Below are positions 57,944 through 64,000 of a DNA stretch of 64,000 bases, piece by piece. The notes beneath the pieces were generated by a model. That model saw only the letters and a list, made by a program, of their open reading frames with translations, searched no databases and was not told where the DNA came from. Every line of letters starts with the position of its first letter. The stretch's first letter is position 1. The translations under genes were made by a program, and so were the position numbers. The DNA is from Lentisphaeria bacterium (GTDB lineage: Bacteria; Verrucomicrobiota; Lentisphaeria; JABSQK01; JAWLHB01): contig JAWLHB010000040.1 in the NCBI GenBank assembly GCA_041690595.1, positions 1 to 64,000 of the forward strand, given 5' to 3'.

Positions 57944-58783
57944 TCAGCGAAGGATGCGGTTGTCGAGGAGGCGGGCCTTGCCGAAGCGGGCGGCGACGGC
58001 AAGGAGGCTCTCGCGATCGATGAAGTCAATGGTTTCGAGGCTCTCGTGGTCGCGGCACTCCACATAGTCAACGATGCCGCCGGCCTCGACGATCTGCTCA
58101 CGGACGATGCGGCAGAGGGCTTCGGCGTGGCGTTCGCCGGCGCGGAAGGCGGCTTCGGCCTGATCCAGACCGCGGTTGATGGCGAGGGCGCGAATGCGTT
58201 CGTCAGAGGAGAGATAGATATTGCGGGAGCTCATGGCAAGCCCGTCCGTTTCGCGGATGATGGGGGCGACCAGGATCTCGATGGGGAAGTTGAGATCGCG
58301 GCTCATGCGCTGAATGACGCGGGCTTGCTGGGCATCCTTCTGCCCGAAGACGGCGAGATCGGGAAGGCAGGCATTGAAGAGCTTGGCCACAACCGTAGTG
58401 ACGCCGCGAAAGTGGCCTTCGCGCCTGGCGCCGCAGAGATGCCGGCCGAGCTTCTCCTCGACAACCCAGGTGGAGTAACCGGGCGGGTACATGTCGTCGG
58501 CGGTCGGACAGAAGAGGATATGGGCGCCTTCGGCTTCGCAGAGGCGTGCATCGCGTTCGAGATCGCGCGGATAGCTGGCAAGATCCTCCCCGGGCGCAAA
58601 TTGCGTGGGGTTGACGAAGAGGCTGACAATGACGCGGTCGCTCCGCTCGAGCGCGGCACGGATGAGTGACACGTGCCCATCGTGCAGGTAGCCCATGGTG
58701 GGAACCAGACCAATGCGCAAGCCTTCGCGGTGCCACTGGCGGGCGGTGGCCTGCATCTGCGGGATAGCGTCAAGTCGCTTCAT
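57944..58783 (-). CDS. panC: Pantoate-beta-alanine ligase
   Basis: VPTMGYLHDGH, FVNPTQF, GHFRGV, FGQKDAQQ, GLAMSSRN, RLLDN. Confidence 0.97.
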   Translation of the reverse strand: MKRLDAIPQMQATARQWHREGLRIGLVPTMGYLHDGHVSLIRAALERSDRVIVSLFVNPTQFAPGEDLASYPRDLERDARLCEAEGAHILFCPTADDMYPPGYSTWVVEEKLGRHLCGARREGHFRGVTTVVAKLFNACLPDLAVFGQKDAQQARVIQRMSRDLNFPIEILVAPIIRETDGLAMSSRNIYLSSDERIRALAINRGLDQAEAAFRAGERHAEALCRIVREQIVEAGGIVDYVECRDHESLETIDFIDRESLLAVAARFGKARLLDNRILR

Positions 58784-59592
58784 TTCCAGCTGTTTTCTTC
58801 GCCGGGAAAGTTGCCGTCGCGGACATCGTCGCGATAGGCGGCGACGATGCGCCGCACTTCCTGCGCGAGGTTGCCGTAGCGGCGGGTATGCTTGGGGACG
58901 AAGGCTTCGAAGAGGCCGAGTATGTCGTGAATGACCTGCACCTGACCGCTGCAGTGGCGACCGGCGCCAATGCCGATGGTGGGGATTTTGATGCCACCGG
59001 TGATGCGCTCGGCCACTGCCGCGGAGACCGACTCGACGACGATGCCGAAGGCGCCGGCTGCTTCGAGGGCGAGGGCATCCTCCATCAGCGAATCGGCTTC
59101 CTGGGGGGTACGCCCATAGACGCGATACCCGCCTTCGCCGACCACCTTCTGCGGCAGCAGGCCGATATGGCCGAGAACGGGGATGCCGACATCGACCAGA
59201 CGCCGCACCGTCGGCGCAATCTCGCGCCCCCCCTCCACTTTGACGCCATCGGCGCCGGCCTGCTGAAGATAGCGGCCGGCGTTGCGCATGGCTTCTTCCG
59301 GAGATACCTGGAAGGTGAGAAAGGGCATGTCGCCGATGACGAGGGCGTGCTGGACCCCGCGCACGACGGCGGCGGTATGGTGCAGGCTCTCGTCGAGGGT
59401 GACGCGGACGGTGGTGGGATAGCCCAGCATCGTCATGCCCAGGGAGTCGCCGACAAGGATCAGGTGAACGCCGGCATCGTCGACGAAACGGGCGGTGAGC
59501 GTATCGTATGCCGTCAAGGAGACGATGCGCTCACCGTCGTCGTAGAGTTTGCGGAGGTCCCGCAGGGTCATTTTTCGTGGTGCGTCCGACAT
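58780..59592 (-). CDS. panB: 3-methyl-2-oxobutanoate hydroxymethyltransferase
   Basis: LTAYD, LVGDSLG, DMPF, KVEGG, GHIGLLPQ, IGIGAG. Confidence 0.97.
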   Translation of the reverse strand: MSDAPRKMTLRDLRKLYDDGERIVSLTAYDTLTARFVDDAGVHLILVGDSLGMTMLGYPTTVRVTLDESLHHTAAVVRGVQHALVIGDMPFLTFQVSPEEAMRNAGRYLQQAGADGVKVEGGREIAPTVRRLVDVGIPVLGHIGLLPQKVVGEGGYRVYGRTPQEADSLMEDALALEAAGAFGIVVESVSAAVAERITGGIKIPTIGIGAGRHCSGQVQVIHDILGLFEAFVPKHTRRYGNLAQEVRRIVAAYRDDVRDGNFPGEENSWK

Positions 59593-59620
59593 GGTGCTCC
59601 CACCTGGTCAAGTCACCAGG

Positions 59621-60910
59621 TCATTCACGCTCCGCGATGGGTACATAGCTGCGCTTCTTGGCGCCGATGTAGATCTGGCGGGGACGACCGATGCGACCGG
59701 ATGTATCGGAGACCATTTCCTTCCACTGCGAGGTCCATCCGGGGAGTCTTCCGATGGCGAAGAGGACGGTGAACATGTTGGTGGGGAAACCCATGGCGCG
59801 ATAGAGCAGGCCGCTGTAGAAGTCGACGTTGGGATAGAGCTTGCGGGAGACGAAGTAGTCGTCGTTGAGGACCTTCTCCTCGAGCTTGAGGGCGACATCG
59901 AGCAAGGGTTCTTCACCGGCGCGCTTCTCGACAATCTTCGAGCAGAGCTTCTTGATGATGCGGGCGCGGGGATCGTAGTTCTTGTAGACGCGATGGCCGA
60001 AGCCCATGAGGCGGAAGCCGCTGTTCTTGTCCTTAGCCTTCTCGATGTACTTGTCGACATCACCGCCGTTATCGCAGATCTCGCCGAGCATCTCCATGAC
60101 GCTCTGATTGGCGCCGCCGTGGAGAGGGCCCCAGAGTGCGGCGATACCGCAGGAGATGGAGGCATAGAGGTTGGCGTGGGAGCTGCCGACGAGGCGAACC
60201 GCGGAGGTGGAGCAGTTCTGCTCGTGGTCCGCATGCATGATGAGCAACATGTTGAGCGCCTTAACGGCATCGTCGTCGAGCTGGTAGGGCTTGACGGGCG
60301 AGGAGAACATCATGTTGAGGAAGTTCGCGCAATAGGGAAGATCGAGGCGCGGATAGACGACGGGCTGGCCGATCGACTTCTTATAGGCAAAGGCCGCGAT
60401 GGTCCGAATCTTGGAGATCAGCCGGGCAGCGGTAATGTCGATGTCATCGGTCATGGACTTGGCGTCGACATTGGGGTAGAAGCTGCTGAGGGCATTGACC
60501 ATGGTGCCGAGGATGTTCATGGGATGCGCGTCGCGCGGGAAGGTCTCGAGGAAGCGGCGCATGTCTTCGTGAACGAGGGAATGCTCGGTGAGCAGGTCGG
60601 AGAAGCGGCTGAGCTGCTTGCGGTTCGGGAGAGCGTCGTGGAGAAGGAGGTAGGAGGTCTCGACGAAGGTGGAATTTTCGGCCAGCTCCTCGATGGGGTA
60701 GCCGCGATAGCGGAGGATGCCTTCCTCCCCGTCAATAAAGGTAATGTCGCTGAGGCAGGAGCCGGTGTTGACATAGCCGGGATCGAGGGTGATCAGGCCG
60801 GTGCGCTTGCGCAGGTCGTTGATGTCAATGCCCTTTTCACCTTCGGTGCCCTCGACAATGGGGAATTCGTACTCCTGGCCGTTGACGACCAGCTTCGCAA
60901 TTTCGTTCAT
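59621..60910 (-). CDS. gltA: Citrate synthase (type II)
   Basis: HADHEQNCST, GPLHGGAN, MGFGHRVY, YPNVDFYSG. Confidence 0.97.
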   Translation of the reverse strand: MNEIAKLVVNGQEYEFPIVEGTEGEKGIDINDLRKRTGLITLDPGYVNTGSCLSDITFIDGEEGILRYRGYPIEELAENSTFVETSYLLLHDALPNRKQLSRFSDLLTEHSLVHEDMRRFLETFPRDAHPMNILGTMVNALSSFYPNVDAKSMTDDIDITAARLISKIRTIAAFAYKKSIGQPVVYPRLDLPYCANFLNMMFSSPVKPYQLDDDAVKALNMLLIMHADHEQNCSTSAVRLVGSSHANLYASISCGIAALWGPLHGGANQSVMEMLGEICDNGGDVDKYIEKAKDKNSGFRLMGFGHRVYKNYDPRARIIKKLCSKIVEKRAGEEPLLDVALKLEEKVLNDDYFVSRKLYPNVDFYSGLLYRAMGFPTNMFTVLFAIGRLPGWTSQWKEMVSDTSGRIGRPRQIYIGAKKRSYVPIAERE

Positions 60911-60978
60911 CGTGACTCCTTGAGGTAAAGGATGAAGGGGGAATCCGGGTACGCATCAGGCAAGCAGGGCGTGCCCCC

Positions 60979-61030
60979 TTGAAGATTGGGGTGGAAGATC
61001 TATACTAACCGGTCAACGATGGGATTGCAA
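60979..61030. promoter_or_regulatory. Candidate overlapping divergent promoters for ruvAB (+) and gltA (-)
   Basis: Plus strand TTGAAG-N16-TATACT (60979-61006). Minus strand TTGCAA-N17-TAGTAT (61030-61002). Confidence 0.5.
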
Positions 61031-61067
61031 CGAGTTTACGTAACAAAATGGTGGTCGCGACAAGGTT

Positions 61068-61676
61068 ATGATCAATCATCTCACCGGCACCCTTGTCGAG
61101 AAGCAGCTGACACGGGCGGTCATCGAGGTTGGCGGTATCGGTTTCAACGTGCTGATCCCCATGAGCACCTACGATCGGCTGCCGCGCGTGGGGGAAAGCA
61201 CCACCCTCCTGACCCAGTTGAATGTGCGTGAAGACGCGCTCACCCTGTATGGCTTTGCCAGTGCCCAGGAGCGGCAACTCTTCGGCCTGGTGACGGAGGT
61301 GACGGGCATCGGCCCGAAGCTGGGGCTGAGCATTCTCAGTTGCATGACGGTCAACCGCTTCTGCCAGGCGGTCATCAATAAGGATCTGAAGTCGCTGGCG
61401 CGAATCCAGGGCATCGGCAAGCGAACAGCGGAACGGCTGACGGTGGAACTGGCGGGAAAGGTGGAGGAACTAGCGCCGGCGGTGGCGCTTGGAGCCCAGC
61501 CGGAGGAAGCTCCCCTCAGCGCCGCGGCGGAAGACGCGGTTGCCGGGCTCATCACCCTGGGCTACAAGTCGGACCAGGCACGCAAACGCATACGCGACCT
61601 GATCGAGGCTTCCGAAGATCGCCAGATGGACGCACAGCAGCTCATCCGCCAGGCCCTGGCGACGCTGAGCAAGTAA
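61068..61676 (+). CDS. ruvA: Holliday junction branch migration protein RuvA
   Basis: VREDALTLYGF, VTGIGPKLG, GIGKRTAERL, LITLGY. Confidence 0.96.
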   Translation: MINHLTGTLVEKQLTRAVIEVGGIGFNVLIPMSTYDRLPRVGESTTLLTQLNVREDALTLYGFASAQERQLFGLVTEVTGIGPKLGLSILSCMTVNRFCQAVINKDLKSLARIQGIGKRTAERLTVELAGKVEELAPAVALGAQPEEAPLSAAAEDAVAGLITLGYKSDQARKRIRDLIEASEDRQMDAQQLIRQALATLSK

Positions 61677-61688
61677 GCAGGACGCATC

Positions 61689-62720
61689 ATGTCAGACGAG
61701 CCAATCATCACCTCGACCTTCAACGCGCGCGAAGAATCCTTCGACGCCAGCCTCCGCCCCAGGACCTTTGACGATTTTCCGGGACAGGAGAGCAAGAAGG
61801 AGCAGCTGCAGATCTATGTGCAGGCGGCGAAGGAACGCGGCGAGCCGCTGGGCCACATCCTGCTGAGTGGTCCGCCCGGGCTGGGCAAGACGACGCTGGC
61901 GCACATCATCGCCAACACGCGCGAGAAGAACATCAAGACGTCGAGCGGCCCGGTGATCGAAAAGCCGGCCGATCTGGCAGGGCTGCTGACGAGCCTGGAA
62001 GAGGGGGACATCCTCTTCATCGACGAGATTCACCGCCTGACGACGAATGTGGAGGAATACCTCTACAGCGCCATGGAAGATTTCTACATCGACATCATTC
62101 TGGACCAGGGAGCGGGTTCCCGCTCGATCCGGCTGGACATCCCACCCTTCACGCTGATCGGGGCGACGACCCGGCAGGGCTCCATCTCCTCCCCCCTGCG
62201 CTCGCGCTTCATCCTGCACATCCGCCTCGACTACTATCCCACACCAGTCCTGCAGCAGATCATTCTGCGCTCGGCCGGACTGCTGGGGGTGCCGATCGAC
62301 GAGCCGGCTTCCATGGAGATTGCCCGCCGAAGCCGCGGGACGCCGCGTATCGCCAACAACCTCCTGCGCTGGGTGCGCGACTTCGCTCAGGTCCGCGCGG
62401 GAAACAAGATCACCGTCGAGAGCGCCAATGATGCGCTGAAGATGCTGGACATCGACGAGCATGGCCTGGACGAGATGGACAAGCGGATTCTGGAAGCGAT
62501 GGTCCACAAGTTCGAAGGTAGGCCGGTTGGCGTAAAGAGCATGGCGGTGGCGCTTGGCGAAGACACGGTGACGATCGAGGAAGTGTACGAGCCCTTCCTG
62601 ATCCAGGAAGGCTACCTGATGCGTACCCCGCAGGGACGGATCGCCACCAGCAAGACGTATGCGCTGCTGGGGATGAAGCCACCCACGAGCGGGCCGCGCA
62701 ATCAACCCGGACTCTTCTGA
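61689..62720 (+). CDS. ruvB: Holliday junction branch migration helicase RuvB
   Basis: [42 protein letters not shown]. Confidence 0.97.
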   Translation: MSDEPIITSTFNAREESFDASLRPRTFDDFPGQESKKEQLQIYVQAAKERGEPLGHILLSGPPGLGKTTLAHIIANTREKNIKTSSGPVIEKPADLAGLLTSLEEGDILFIDEIHRLTTNVEEYLYSAMEDFYIDIILDQGAGSRSIRLDIPPFTLIGATTRQGSISSPLRSRFILHIRLDYYPTPVLQQIILRSAGLLGVPIDEPASMEIARRSRGTPRIANNLLRWVRDFAQVRAGNKITVESANDALKMLDIDEHGLDEMDKRILEAMVHKFEGRPVGVKSMAVALGEDTVTIEEVYEPFLIQEGYLMRTPQGRIATSKTYALLGMKPPTSGPRNQPGLF

Positions 62721-63481
62721 TGGCGCCTTCAGTGACCGGCGGGCCGGACTATGCGATCATCGTGCCAGCCTACAATGAGGAAGGGTACATCCGCCCTACC
62801 CTCGCCCGCCTCCAGGCCTGCATGGGCGAGATCGACGGGTATGCCGGCGAGCTGATTGTCGTGGACAACGACTCGACGGACGGCACGGCGACGCTGGTGC
62901 GGGAGATGGGGGTGCGCGTGGTGCATGAAGCGCATCGGCAGATCGCCCGCGCCAGGAATGCCGGAGCGGCGGCGAGCAGCGCGCGCTTCCTGATCTTCGT
63001 CGATGCCGATACCCTGATCACGACGGAATTGCTGCGGCACACGCTCGCGACGCTGACGGAGCAGCCAATCTGCTATGGTGGCACGGCGGTGATCTTCGAT
63101 CAGCCGGTAACGGGCTTCATCGGGGCGTCGATCCGCTCGTGGAATCGACTGTCGCGGACGATGACGTGGGCATGCGGGGCGTATGTCTTCTGCCGGCGCG
63201 AGGCTTTCGAGGAGGTTGGAGGATTCGACGAGAAGCTGTACGCGGCGGAGGAGATCCGCCTCTGCCGCAAGCTGCGCCAGTGGGGCCGGCGTCACGGGAT
63301 GCGGGGGGTGATCCTGAAGGAGCCGATCGTGACATCGATGCGCAAGGCGGAATGGTTCAGCACATGGCGCATGGTGAAGATGGTGCTGATGCTGGCGGTG
63401 ATGCCGTACGGTCTGCGCCGTCGCGATGCCTGCTGGCTCTGGTATGAACGACCGGAGAAGAAGGTGGATCCGCCTCAGTAG
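62720..63481 (+). CDS. GT2-family glycosyltransferase
   Basis: IVPAYNEE, VVDNDSTDGT, ARNAGA, FVDAD, GGFDE. Confidence 0.88.
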   Translation: MAPSVTGGPDYAIIVPAYNEEGYIRPTLARLQACMGEIDGYAGELIVVDNDSTDGTATLVREMGVRVVHEAHRQIARARNAGAAASSARFLIFVDADTLITTELLRHTLATLTEQPICYGGTAVIFDQPVTGFIGASIRSWNRLSRTMTWACGAYVFCRREAFEEVGGFDEKLYAAEEIRLCRKLRQWGRRHGMRGVILKEPIVTSMRKAEWFSTWRMVKMVLMLAVMPYGLRRRDACWLWYERPEKKVDPPQ

Positions 63482-64000
63482 GCACGGTCGAGCATGAAGT
63501 TCGCCCATAGCATGAGCAGGGCGCGCCACGGGGTGTCGGGCAGGGCTTCGAGCTTGGTACGGGCTTCGTTCACAAGGGCGAGCGCCATATCCTCGATCCA
63601 GTCGACGGCGCCGCAGTCGCGCAGATCGTCGCCGACCCTGGCGACATCGAGAGGTTGCAGCTCCGGGTTGCCGTGAGCCCGCAGAAAGCGTTCGCGGGGA
63701 GCGCCTTCGAGCCGTTCGAGGGCGACCGCGAAGAGGAGGGTGCGCTTGGCCTGGCGCAGGTCGGAACCGACGGGCTTGCCAAGAGCGTCAGGATCGGCAT
63801 ACATGCCAAGGACGTCATCGCGAAGCTGGAAGGCGAGGCCGCACTTTTCGGCAAAGTCGCCAAGCTGGGCAACATGCGGGTGGGCGGGGTCGCCGGTGGC
63901 GATGAGGGCTCCCGCTTCGGCACAGAAACGCAGCAGCAGGGCAGTCTTGCGGCGCAGCATTTCGAGCATTTCGCCGCTGGAGATGCCGGCAAAGGGTCGG
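63475..64000 (-). CDS. Polyprenyl diphosphate synthase (3' part; 5' end outside the window)
   Basis: KTALL, GLAFQLRDDVLG, GKPVGSDLRQAKRT. Confidence 0.85.
   Translation of the reverse strand, partial: RPFAGISSGEMLEMLRRKTALLLRFCAEAGALIATGDPAHPHVAQLGDFAEKCGLAFQLRDDVLGMYADPDALGKPVGSDLRQAKRTLLFAVALERLEGAPRERFLRAHGNPELQPLDVARVGDDLRDCGAVDWIEDMALALVNEARTKLEALPDTPWRALLMLWANFMLDRAY

Noticed and set aside
57929..58669. 246-aa plus-strand ORF following the binding protein as a possible permease
   Set aside because: Antisense to panC with no TM pattern.
61068..62720. ruvAB without adjacent ruvC
   Set aside because: Common arrangement; ruvC may lie elsewhere.

Overview
GC-rich bacterial chromosomal window with about 39 CDSs. 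I recognised no rRNA, tRNA, CRISPR array or transposase. A Lentisphaerota/PVC origin is inferred from the prepilin/H-X9-DG protein, the sulfatase and glycan enzymes, and the Chlamydia/spirochaete-type V-ATPase gene order. Left to right: a sulfatase; a translationally coupled glycosylation operon ending in an 818-aa unknown exported protein; an orphan glycyl-radical enzyme; an acetylesterase; rlmB; a 2065-aa paralog of the 818-aa protein; a stand-alone mraY; a prepilin-like gene; bioF; a 12.8-kb seven-gene uncharacterised envelope transport operon; glycoside hydrolases; a receiver-Ser/Thr kinase; an HDAC-family gene; a GntR regulator; a V-type ATPase operon; a (QG)25 protein plus a solute-binding protein; gltA-panB-panC; ruvAB; a GT2; and a partial polyprenyl synthase. 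The best candidate for an undescribed system is the operon at 24756-37575. It combines two polytopic membrane proteins (one OPT-like, one DUF6785-like), a degenerate M28-peptidase-MacB/FtsX fusion, a second FtsX permease, two LolD/MacB-type ATPases and a stand-alone PqqD-like protein. Also notable are the paralogous NR[WF]QC[DE]P[KR]WS proteins and a gene-strand-independent GC-skew switch near 38-48 kb. All family calls come from motif recognition by eye, not database searches.
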